A DNA stretch of 64,000 bases from Ylistrum balloti (Eukaryota). Each line of letters opens with the position of its first letter. Position 1 is the stretch's first letter. The position numbers and the translations under genes are program-made. This document shows, one piece after another, positions 52,265 to 64,000 of the stretch. The notes under the pieces are model-generated. The model had not been told where the DNA came from. It saw only the letters and a program-made list of their open reading frames with translations, and did no database searches. The stretch is taken from NCBI RefSeq assembly GCF_031769215.1, contig NW_026782366.1:124001-188000 (forward strand), in the 5' to 3' direction.

Positions 52265-55200
52265 ATGGCAAACGTTATCTCTGGCAAGTTTATCTTTATA
52301 ACTCTCGTTTTTCTTATACACCAATTCAATGGATGCTTTCCTATGATGTTGGGACGAAACTTGAAAATATCCGCTTTCAATATGAAAATGTTTGGGGACA
52401 AGAAAATGGAGCAAAGTGGCGCTATCGATATTCTCGTAAAGGTATGTAAGTCATCACTTTACAATAACACATATATCGGTTTTTGCATTTTTAAAAGCTT
52501 CTTCTTATGAATCAAATGTTCATAAGCCATTTAAAGATAATCATACTATAAACACTTACTTTCTGAGTAAAATCGGTTGTATTATATGTACTGTTTTAAC
52601 TGTTTATTTGTAGGACAAGATAAAGTATTTAGTACCTCTCATTGAAAAACCTTTGATGAGAATGTCGCCACGTTTTTAGTATGGAAATGACATTCAACAA
52701 CAGACATTGGTAACAGAAAACCCATGACCATACGTAGCTTTATTTGTTTGTCGAATTTATGTACAAATACACTCTTACCAAATATTACCTTATACTGAAT
52801 TCTGTTCAAAGACGAAAGGCAGATAACCAATGATAATTCAAACTAGGGTGTTCAGTACTCACAGAAGGGATATTAGCAAATGAGATTTTACTATAATTGG
52901 TAAATAGAAATTGGTGACATAACATTGATGTTATCAATTGAATTAGTTCTTGGTTGAGTCTAAATGTCCTAATTCGGTCCTGCGAAAACACTGTATTGCA
53001 TGTGTACTTCAATAAATAAATAACTATTCGTAGATACGTGACATTTTCAAACTGATCTTTTCATTTCTGAACTTTAACTGATCCTTAAAGTAAATGAACA
53101 CGAATCAGAAGTAGGTATGCTTATTGACATTCACAGAGTCGTATTTGAAATATTTTCGTCGTGGCGCGATGGCTAAACAATTACATATATATTTATACTA
53201 GAAGACTCGGTGTCGAGTCTATGATCAAAACATATGTTTATCTGGCGAATTAAATGGAAACCTACCTGTTGTAATTAAATATTTCTAATACAATGTATGT
53301 TGAAAACAGCTCGATTAGATAGCTAAGTGTACTATCGAGCGCATGAAATAGCTAACACATGTTCATTTTATATGGTACAATATTTTATTAGCAATATAAA
53401 TTTAAGTTGTACGATTGTGGTTGCTTATACAAAAAATATTTTGTAGGTAATCCTTTTATGATTGACTCTGCTGAGAGTTATCACAGAAATAACAGACCTA
53501 TTATGCCGAAAATAAGAATAGGTTTTCGTTGCTCAAATGACGATTTACTCCCAAAACAGCGGAAATAAAAGAAAGCAAACTATTTATTTGGCTTTCCCTA
53601 AAGAAGTAACGTGATTTTGTACTGGGTTAAGACTACATTATGTCCGCTATCACAACACATAACGCATGGCTAACACAGAATGGAAAAGATGACATCGATT
53701 CATGTCGCGTAAAAGACAGATTACCTTCATCACCTTTTATATGAGAAAATAACTGGGTCGGAACCAATGAAAAATCACCACGGTGTTACGAGGGACTTTA
53801 GTCAGAGATGATCAGATGATCAGAGGGAATCATAAAGTTAAAAGAAACAATTGTTCATTAGTCAGCCTTCTTCCTGTACAGTCAAGTACATAAGTTGCCA
53901 CCGTGCAAAGAAAAAACCAACGGACATTTTCTTTTTATGGAAGGAAACATTATTGTATTTTGCTGTGTTGATTTCTCCTAAATCATCTTATAACTTCAAC
54001 TATTCGATGTATCGTTGTTCGTCTTGTCCTTTCTTGGTGATGAATAAGTCAAGCTTTGCAGTAATAATCAATAATTTTCTTGATGATATTAAATGACTTC
54101 TGTGCAATTCGAAAATTCGAAAGAAACCAATTCGAGGTACCTTCCGGAATAGTTTCAAATTTGAACAAGCATGCTATAGATTTGATTCAAACTCTAGCTG
54201 AAATAGTATGTATCTTATCGAGATTTTGCTATTACCTCACGAAAATTTTGGTTTTTTTAACCTGTGCAGATCATTACTCGATATGATATCACTATCGTCC
54301 AAGAAATAAGAGATGTAGACGGTTCTTCATTCAAAGAATTGATGGAACTAATCAACAAGTAAGTCTTACCCAAGCCTTTCCTCACTGTGGTTTCTTAATT
54401 GTATGGGCTTCTGATTCAACGCGAAACAATCACACTTATGTAAGGCATTCAAAGCAACAATAACAACAAACATCTTCAGATACCAAAAGTTTTAAAATCA
54501 GAACCCGAAAGACAGATGATCAACATACTCCTTACTGCACATACTGTCTGACGGATAAACTTGTATTGAACAGTTAAGTTTATACTCTCGGTGATTAAAT
54601 TGTGTCCTGAGCAGAGTTGAGGCACTGGAAACATGGTAGTATAAGTATGACTGTATGAGCCTCATTTTACGCAACGTTACTGTGTGGTTTCTTTTTCTAA
54701 TGATGAACACTTAATCAACTCGCATCCATCTTTTGTATCATTATTTGACGACACAATCAAAAGCCTTATTTAATGGATTAACGCCTGGTGCATTTGAACT
54801 ATAAAGTCCATATCTTATTGTTTCAGAGCGGAATTTTCTGGATTATATTCAGAATGAAATGCCATTCTTTTTAATATACCTGTCCGACCGAAATCTCTCA
54901 TACATCGTCACTTAACAAATGAATCAAACTATTTGCAGTAATAAATACTAAATAATATTGTTTGCATATAAAAGAAACTTTTCAAGAAACCAGACATAAT
55001 GTAAAATTATTCCATTTATTTATGTCGTTCGTATTCAGCCTTCTTCCTATACAGTCCAGTTCGTAAGTTGCCACCGTGCAAAGAAAAATCAACGGACATT
55101 TTCTTTTTATGGAAGGAAACATTATTGTATTTTGCTGTGAAAAAAAGAAACTTTTCAAGAAACCAGACATAATGTAAAATTATTCCATTTATTTATGTCG

Positions 55201-58200
55201 TTCGTATTCAGATCAGATGCAAGTACGGAGTATGATAGCGCGTTGAGTGAGCGTCTGGGAAGAAGTCACATCAAAGAAGAATATGGAATTATATACAGGT
55301 AGATAATGACTTCATTTAGTGCACTTCCCCATCTACATATTGACTTTTCTTTCGATCACTTTGGCCCTAGAATGACGTAACATGTGTATATTGCAGTTTA
55401 ATTCATTGCTTGGCTGAACTGTATCCAATTCTAAATTGTTAAAAGGTGCTATTCACTTGTATAATCTTAGAATCGTGAAATTACTTTCATTGATCAAGAT
55501 ATCGTCGTTGAACCAGAAGACGCTTACCCTTCCGAAAATCTGTTCTTATTTTCTTCGTAATATTTCATGAGTTAACGAATATTTCTTAGCTCATAGATTG
55601 TCGCAGTTTCACCGGATTTCAGTTTGAATTATAATTCTGTTCAAATATCGCCGTTATCATCGTTGACGGATGGCTGCCATGATAAACCGTAAAAATGTCA
55701 CAACAACTACTGCATATCTCTAAGGAAATTTCTACATATGATTTAATTTTTATCATAGGAAAGATAGCGTCACTCTCGAAAGTACATACCAGTATCCAGA
55801 CCCGAACTACACCTTTTTTGAGAGACCACCTTTTGCATTTAAAGTTCGCCTGGCAGAAGCGGATGGTATGATTTAAATCTGGCCTGAACGTGTGCCTTAT
55901 ATTTCAACATAATATTTCAGTCATTGAAATAATGTATAGGGTAACGGAATTTCTCCCAAAATCGCGTGATAACAATGATATAACTGCTAATTACTGCTAT
56001 ATATTTTATTACATATTATACAGACTATGCAAATGTGATATCACTGATAGAAAGATCTCCAACTTAAAAACCTTGGATGATGTTAATAAATAATATTTTT
56101 TGAAACACAAAATATCGAAATTAATATGCTTATCCTCCATGGACATCCTCCATTTTTCCTCGTTTTATTCATAGAGCAAAAGTATACATCAACATGATTT
56201 TTTTTATAACTAGAACTATTACCCTGGAAAGCTGTATTCAAATCTCATCGTGATGAACATGCTTACATAAGGTTTGAAATGAGAGGGGTGGGGGCCTTCT
56301 GTAAATATGACGTCACATCGACAAGACAAAGTATTGATATAGCGAAACTGAAAGTAGATTATTACAAACTTTTACAGAATTATACGTCCTTGGGATTATT
56401 GCTATCCACACCAAGCCAAGAGACGCTGTTAGGGAGATAGACATGCTCGTCGATGCATACCAGAAGACCAGCGATCATTGGAATGGGTTAAAGGTGGGTA
56501 CATAATCAAAAGTTAATGTTTATCAAATCAACTTCAAATTAATGTATGTTATATAAGCTTAATACCACGTGTTCTTTACAGAATATCCTGATCGCTGGAG
56601 ACTTTAATGCTGGGTGCAACTATGTCACACCTAGTAAGATGGAGACGATTTTGCTCCGGACCGACCCACGGTTCACCTGGCTTATCGTTGATCAAGTTGA
56701 CACTACAACTTCTGACACTGACTGTGCTTACGACAGGTAGGTGAGAAAAAGATTAACATTCATTTGTAGTAGAAATGCAGTTAATTATATCATATATCAT
56801 TAAACATTGCAATATACACTGTAACTTTCTTAGGTAAAAAGTGTAAAATTACATCACATTAAACATACGAGGTGATTTACTGTATAACCCTCACTTATAC
56901 AATAAATCTATGGCAGCACATTGCTTATTAATAACATAAAGCTAGTCTACGTGATAGCGTGCTGGTATTAAATTATCCACCCCTTCCCTATTGAAATCGT
57001 ACAAATGATCGAAAACGATGATTTAAAACACTTACCTTCTCCAATACATTCATACCATCAGACAGAATGAAAAGAACGGAAGAAACTGTCAGATAAGTAT
57101 GACATATATTTGATTCGTATTGACGGAAGGTGCAGGAGAAATCAACAAATATTTCCAATAAACTAAAAAAATTTAAAAGTGAAAGACAAGACGTACATTT
57201 TAGCACATTGAAGTGATAGGACCATCATCTTATCTCTAGAAAGTAGATATCGTCATTAATACACATTTCTTTATATCTTTGTCAGATTTGTGGCTGCTGG
57301 TGATGAGCTCAAAGCTGCTATAGTTCCAGGAAGTGCGCGTGCATTCAGGTTTGACCAAGAGTACAAGCTGACAGAAAATGAGGTAACATATCCTTAAATA
57401 CATTTATTTGAATTATATAACATATTTCATTTGACTCTTATACATCTAATTATTAAAAACTTTCAAGTGATAGGAGCCACCCAATTGTGTCTTTTGTACA
57501 ATCTTCACGATTGCATTTAGTAGACACTGGACTGCTGGCGGACTTTTTGTCCCGAGGTTTGTCGTAATCTGCTTAACATGTTTTAGTTCATGTGCAAGTA
57601 TTTGACGTTCTTCCAAAATTATCAGTAATGTGAAAATTAGAAAACATGTTTAATTACGGAGTAAATGCACCTACCTCTCCCTAGATTTTAAAATTTTCTT
57701 CGATAACTTGGAATCTTCCTCAGCTGCCACCGTGGATTAAAAATTTAGGGCCATAGCATCACTGACGAGTCCTAGAAAGACGAATTAGCTGAATAGTGCT
57801 GTTCTATTCATTCTGTATCTTGTTCTAAATTTCCATTAAAATAAGTTATTCACTTGTGAGTCTTTTGGACAATCTAAATGTACTCATCAACTTCATTAAA
57901 ATGCAAGAGGAATGACATGCCTCTATTGATCATAGGATGCTCCATGATGTACCCAAAGATATGCGACCCTCAAAATATTTCGGCATACGACCAAGATATT
58001 AATTGACACAAAATCGACAGCCCTTCATTGAAGTAGAACTAGTATGCTACCTGTCAAGTATCATATCACTGGACTTTAGTTAGTCAACAATAATGACCTT
58101 GAAAGGTGCCAATGCCAATTGTTTCACCAAATGCCTCTTTTCTTTACCTCTTGGTTCAGTAGCAGTGTTATTACCTGGACACATTTCACTCGTATACATC

Positions 58201-59463
58201 AAAGAACTTCATTTGAATATGATTGTTTGGAACGGGAATAGCAGGAAATGAAATAGCTTGATAAATAAAATCGAAAATTCCGAAATGCCGAAGCGCCTGT
58301 ATTTTTCCAAAACGAAATATTTCCATCAAGCGCACATTAACCTTGTCAAGCTAGGGACCAATGAAATGCGTTTCACACAGATTCTGTGTACAATCAAACT
58401 GCAAATTATTTGCAAGTGTTAAACGACATTGGCACTGACAACATATGCGAAATCGACTCAGAGGAAATACCGAAAATCTTTATCGGATGATGGTTTATGA
58501 TACAACCTTCTTGACAGGGTGTTCTTGGAAAAGAAATGTCTTGGCCAATAATGATATTTATGAAATGTTAATATTTACAGACAAAGGCTGTCAGTGACCA
58601 TTATCCCATCGAAATGGATATAAGAGGAAAGGGTAAGTAATACAATGTATATGTTAAGTCATCACTAGATCGGTTACTGGTAGAGTGATATTATTCCGAG
58701 CGCTATACAAATTTATTACGTGTATCTAGTCAACCGGGAGACTTAATATACAGTATTCCATTTCACAAATTAAACTACATCTATGCCTTATTGGTACGTT
58801 TTCTTTTTTGTGTGAAAGTTAAAAATTAGAAGTTTTGTGATAAGCGCAATTCATACCATTGCCCGTTTGCATTTAATTGTTTATTTCTCATCTAACATTT
58901 TCTTCTATACACGTTAAAACATAATTCTGTGTTCATATTGTATTACGAACGTGTCTTTCGGTGCCAGTCCGATTCAGGTAAACGAATACAACAGTTATAT
59001 CAACTTTTTTCTTCTTTCAGTAAAACAATCCGAACTTGCAAAGTTTCATAGTGAATTGACTATGTCCTTTGAAGATGACACACCGCACACAAAAAAGCAA
59101 GTTCGGCGGATAACGAGATCAGTTGATTTTAAAAAATATGGTTTCACCATTTCTTATGAAATCAGCAGCAACACCAAAACACATGTTCTGGCTTCGCGGG
59201 ATCACCTGAAAAAATCCGATATATTGAACATAGTAGAGAACCTCCGCAAAGACTCCTCACCTTTCATCAGAGAATCTGTGTTCGAGTTGATAAAACTGTA
59301 TCTTAACTCGCCATTCATGGAAGGCGTTCGTGGGGCTCATGGTTTCCTGGTTCCATACAAACTACAGAGTTATAATTTCGTGATAGCATGTCAGTGGGAA
59401 GGAGACTGCACGTGTAGCTTTAGATTAACAAGGCATATCGTGAAGATCAACAGCTTTACCTAA
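52265..59463 (+). CDS. DNASE1: Secreted deoxyribonuclease I family protein with a candidate C-terminal extension (9 exons, 440 aa; 295 aa if intron 8 is read through)
   Basis: Exons 52265-52441, 54270-54358, 55212-55298, 55759-55865, 56378-56493, 56582-56736, 57286-57382, 58581-58632, 59021-59463; all phase-compatible. Signal peptide present. Motifs LKISAFN..FG, QEIRD (E39), LGR..KE, IHTKP (H134), GDFNAGC (D168), CAYDR (D212) and SDHYP (H252), in DNase I numbering. The symbol denotes the family, not proven orthology. Confidence 0.92.
54970..55211 (+). other. 69-bp direct duplication of the exon-3 acceptor, flanking a ~101-bp copy of intron-1 sequence
   Basis: 54970-55038 is identical to 55143-55211. 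The insert 55039-55139 matches 53866-53967 at about 94%. Confidence 0.9.
57755..57800 (+). ncRNA. Degenerate minimal type-I hammerhead ribozyme, copy C (in DNase I intron 7, sense orientation)
   Basis: AGCATCA-CTGACGA-GTC-CTAGAAA-GAC-GAAT-TAGCTG-AA-TAGTGCT. CUGANGA, stem II and stem I (6 of 7 pairs) are intact; GAAA is changed to GAAU and the triplet is mutated. Confidence 0.6.
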
Positions 59464-59969
59464 AAGGTCAAAGTTTACAATTTCAGAGAAATACCTTCAT
59501 TTCAGAAACATAAAGCATTTTGAAATGGCTTTTACACGCGCATTTTGAAATGAAGTAACTGCAAACGATGTCAATCTGATGGGGTTTTTTTTTATCAAAA
59601 TAGAGGATAAAATACATAATAATCACTATCAGACTTCCTCTTTAGTATCTTTGTATTTATATATCAACAGAATTGTTCTCATTAACGCTTTTGTAATCTG
59701 CTTGTATGACTGTGTATGGCACAAAAATCTTTGTTCATTACTCACAATCTTCGTCCAAAAGTGTCCGTGAAGACCGATAACGTGGTATAGATACATACAG
59801 TGGTCCTATAAATATAAAATGTATGCGTTTGTGATTCCCTAATGCTTGGTATTTACATGTTGATACTCGTGACTAGTTAACATCGCGGTATAGACAGATA
59901 ACACAGACTTAAAACACAGAGATGCGTGTAGATGACGACAGATTTATCATGGGGTGTACTCGATGAAAA

Positions 59970-60000
59970 AGAGAACGCTTACCCTTCCGGAACACTGTAC
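59970..60000 (+). mobile_element. Short interspersed-repeat tail fragment (ACGCTTACCCTTCCG)
   Basis: The same 15-mer occurs near 55520-55534. Resembles LINE/SINE 3' tails seen in bivalves, from memory. Confidence 0.35.
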
Positions 60001-61217
60001 TTTATAAAGGTTCTCCGTGTATATTATTCTTCTGTAGGTTGTTTTACATTTAGAGTTGAGATTGTCTTTACTTGCCGGAATTTATTATATCATTTATATA
60101 TAATTAAACACAGTACATTGATTTACAAAGTGTATCACATTCTGTCAGTTAGATGATATACGTATTGATAAATAGACTATATTTTAAAATTGTCAATGCA
60201 TTTGCTTGTTTTTGTGATGATAGCTTGTAAATGTCAAAAACAATTTAACACACTTAGCACATGGTGAATCATCGTCTCGGCATTAGATATCGAATGAACT
60301 AGAAATTGATGTCGGCATGCTACATGCAAAACTATCACAATATCATAAAACCCATATCTGATGAAAGCTTAATAAAATCAATATCCTACCAGATAGAAAC
60401 ATTGTATAACATACCTGTAGGTAAAAATGCAGTTAAGAAAATACACAGTAAAACTGAAAATTATGAAATGTAAATGAGGGAGACCTAAGGATAAGTGAAG
60501 GTCAAGTTTGATAATTTGTCTATATAAATATGATTAAACACTGCTGAAGTATGTCATAGGGTGGAACATACATCTGTTTCATAGAAGTGTGTTTATTCAT
60601 ATGATTACTGTTTATGTACTTATTTTAGTGGTAACCTTATTTTAGAGATTTCGAGCTAAATGCACTGTTTCTCTATGTTGTTTATTTAGCAATATATTTC
60701 ATATCTACTACCTCCGTATTCTACAGTTTAATTTCAGAAAATCATAAAGTGGTATAGTAAGTGTATTCATATAATTACGCCTGGGTTTATTTCTTTGTTT
60801 ATAAATTTACATGCTGTTAAATTCTCCCTTGGATACATGTTCAGAAAACACATGTCTCAGCTTATTAGAAAGAGGCATATCATTCCAAACTATAACAAAA
60901 CTTACATGTTATAATTATAGAACTTCCTCATTTTTAATTTATTAACTTGCTCGATTACCATAATGAAACAAACAAATTTTTATATCCTTTCTCTACCTTC
61001 TTTTAGCTACTGAATGGGTTACACACTGTTTTTTTATTTGGAGTTTGCCTTGTTATTGCAGATAATGGCACATATCAAATTTAAAGAAAAAATACGCATA
61101 TAAGGTATGTAGACAGTGTTAAGAATAACACACGTAAGAGACAACTATTAAAAAAAACAGAAAAATCACCAACTTTATAATAGTTTCTACTGCACAACGA
61201 TGACAACCACTACAGGC

Positions 61218-61610
61218 ATATCACAATAATTATCACATTGTTAACAACCAACATAATTATATCAAAATAATTGTCACACTGTTGACAACCACTGCAGTTA
61301 TATCACAATAATTGTCACACTGTTGACAACTACACTCATATCACAATAATTGTCAGTGTTGACAACTACACTCATATCACTATAATTGTCACAGTGTTGA
61401 CAACTACACTCTTATCACAATAATTGTCACACTGTTGACAACTACACTCATATCACAATAATTGTCACACTGTTGACAACTACACTCATATCACAATAAT
61501 TGTCACAGTGTTGACAACTACACTCATATCACAATAATTGTTACACCAATGACAACCACTACACTCATATCACAATAATTGTCATAATCGACATGTTCAC
61601 AACCACCATA
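61218..61610. repeat. 38-bp minisatellite (TCACAATAATTGTCACACTGTTGACAACTACACTCATA), about 9-10 copies
   Basis: Direct reading; homogeneous core about 61300-61520. Confidence 0.9.
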
Positions 61611-61784
61611 TTCATAAAACTATGATCATCAAAACCAATATATTTGCCTTGGAAGAAAACATAATACCACATAACCTTAGAGGACAATACAAAAATTAAC
61701 GCCACTGCGATTGTAACAGTCACTTACCAACTAGTAACAGGTTCTGGTGTTATAGCAGGAAATTGGTAATAAGGATAATTTTAT

Positions 61785-61873
61785 ATCAATAGAAACTTAT
61801 TGTGTGGTCTGTATCAATAGAAACTTATTGTGTGGTCTGTAAAAATAGAAACTTATTGTGTAGTCTGTATCAA
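61785..61873. repeat. Three copies of a 28-bp unit (TATCAATAGAAACTTATTGTGTGGTCTG)
   Basis: AGAAAC at 61791 and 61819, with a third copy following. Confidence 0.9.
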
Positions 61874-61935
61874 TGGGAAAGCCCTTTTTACAGCATGCTG
61901 TTAAAAATGTGTCTGTAGTGAATTCACACTCTTTA

Positions 61936-63888
61936 TTATTTAAATTGAAGATAATTCTTCAATGTTCTAGGGATCATAAAATTCTCTAGGTCAGTGATAT
62001 GACCTTTCTGTAGGTTATTTCTGATAGTGTATCGACATGACCTCAGTAAAGATCTTGGAGTGTTGAGTTCACTCTCCATCCACTGATTAAAAAGTGTGTA
62101 AGATTCTCGCAAGTCTGTGATTTTATCACCATGGAGAAGGTCCATATCACGATAACAGTCCATAGACAATAACATGCGTATTGTTTCCATTTTACCAAAT
62201 CGGATTGATTTCGATAAAGGAGTGCCACCTGAAAAACAAATCATAAAAATTATTTCACTCCCAATTTGTTTGTGATTAAGCACCTTGTACTAGAGTTCAG
62301 GAAAGTCTATGTGTTATACATGTTCTGTCCTTCTTTTAACCTGGTAATCCTAACATAACTTGTGAACCCACCTTGTGATCTAGTTACAGTAACTCAACTA
62401 ACCCTGTTACTATATTACTTTAACTCTCAAGAGGGCTGCAATAGTTTAGGCATTAGACCGTTAGACTGATGTAACCTAAGGTGAAAATCTGGGACGTTTA
62501 ATGTTTCTCAAGAAACTGCAATCATGGATCATCCTGTGGTGTGCTTTACTTCAGATGGTTTGAATAAAATATGTGGATTATTGATGATGGTGCAATATTT
62601 CACATCAACTTACAATTTGTTACTGGTTTTAATAAGTATGTGAAAAAAATAATAAAAATGTGTGTTTATTCCATGGGCCGGATATCTCGAACCTCTTTTA
62701 AGAGTTTGGCTGGTCAGCAATCAGCAAACCCAAGTTACATAGCATAGTCAGTAGAATAACATATTGAAGAAAAAGAGTTGAACATAGAGTCTAAGACACA
62801 ATGATAGGCCATGAACATGTACATCTACTAAACAATAGTGTATCAATTAAACACCAACACCAAAGATAAATAGATACCATTTTTGTCTACAGCATTAATA
62901 TCAGCACCTCTCTGAACCAATAACCGTGTGATTGCAGGGACAGCCCTAGAGTTGAGCTCTACCACAGAGTGAAATGTTGTCCTTCTCATATTATCTGCCT
63001 GAAAATTAAACATGATAAAGTCAGTTTAGTTTAAATATTACTACTGTAACTTTGATGAAGGTAGACACAAGGGAAAAATGACCAGGTTAACATTACAATC
63101 ATCGTAATTACTAAGTTAAGTAACTAGAACAATGACAGAGGTCAATAACTAAGGAACCTGCTGTCTGTCTGAATGTATACCCCCATTCATCAACAGGCAG
63201 AATATACTAGGAATGAGAAAGCACGATTTGAATTTTAAGATGCATCTGCTTAGAAAATTTGCATCTGAAACCTGATCTCAACTAAGCTTAGTTAAACCTA
63301 AGCCTCAAGTCTGAATAAAATCTAACAAATTGCTAATATGTCAGGGCCATTTCCCAAAAACACTGTGTATTGGGTGGGACCAGTTACCAAATAACTGTGG
63401 AAAAAATAGCTCTTTCAGTTTTACTTCAACATATCAGTTTACGAACCAAATGTCATTGTTTATTGTCTTAAATGATCCAACTGAATCATACCTCATATTC
63501 CTTACTGTTCCTTGCTGTTTAATTCATTAACCTTATTCTCAAACTAAAGAATTGTATATAGGTTCAACTGCCAAACACTTAACCTCACTGGACCTAATAT
63601 TTAATAGACTTTGAACTTCACATTCTCTGTATTGTTTCCCACGTGTCACTTAACATAGCTAACATTACATGTAAGTATGGTATGCATTTAACATTCATAC
63701 CAATGCATAACTTCAACAGATTTGGATGTATGTTTGTGTTAAAAAAATTCATAAACAGAAATATGTTACCTTATCAACTTGAGCTCCTCCATCCAATAAC
63801 ATTTCCACGAGTGCAAGATCTCTAGTACTTACAGCCATCATCAGTGGTGTAGCACCTTTCTTGTTGGCAATGTTAACATTAGCACCAC
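61936..63888 (-). CDS. 3' exons of an ankyrin-repeat and SOCS-box (ASB-like) protein; the 5' part lies beyond the window
   Basis: Exons 63888-63770 (GANVNIANKKGATPLMMAV...LVEMLLDGGAQVDK), 62998-62878 (ADNMRRTTFH...LLVQRGADINAVDKN) and 62228-61936 (GGTPLSKSI...TPRSLLRSCRYTIRNNL...IPRTLKNYL*); phases 1/0/1 are compatible. Confidence 0.88.
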
Positions 63889-64000
63889 CTATAACATGTT
63901 ATTCATTTTTATAAGTAGGCGGGTCACAATAAAACAGCCTTTAGTTTGTTTGGGAACAACTAGGGACAAAGGAAAGCCTACTTAATGAAACTTGAGAAAG

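Noticed and set aside
274-63825. Remaining 60-140-aa ORFs in the track
   Set aside because: Mostly TTG/GTG starts, low-complexity F/I/L/Y-rich composition typical of AT-rich non-coding DNA, or antisense/alternate frames of the real exons listed above.

Overview
AT-rich, intron-containing animal genomic DNA with no prokaryotic features and no CRISPR arrays. The repeat families resemble those of bivalve molluscs, possibly a scallop; this is recalled resemblance, not a database result. Exon chains built by hand from GT-AG sites with matching phases support these genes: NHEJ1/XLF (minus, 7 exons, 347 aa); two tandem gamma-glutamylaminecyclotransferase (GGACT) paralogs (plus); an unidentified small membrane-protein gene (minus, about 30.9 kb, structure unresolved); a single-coding-exon, probably myristoylated beta-propeller-like SOCS-box protein (plus, 414 aa); a GT92/DUF23 glycosyltransferase-like gene with a DxD to DxN change and possible lesions (minus); a DNase I family gene with a candidate 147-residue C-terminal extension exon (plus); and the 3' end of an ankyrin-repeat SOCS-box (ASB) gene (minus). 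Intergenic and intronic DNA holds seven minisatellite arrays, several Helentron/HINE-like non-autonomous elements, tRNA-derived SINEs, a Penelope-like RT remnant, a frameshifted SWIM-bearing transposase fragment and a fold-back MITE. The three strongest second-look signals are: three dispersed, individually mutated copies of a minimal type-I hammerhead ribozyme whose consensus is complete; the DNase I extension domain; and an apparent templated insertion in DNase I intron 2 that duplicates a splice acceptor and creates a candidate in-frame 24-nt micro-exon.
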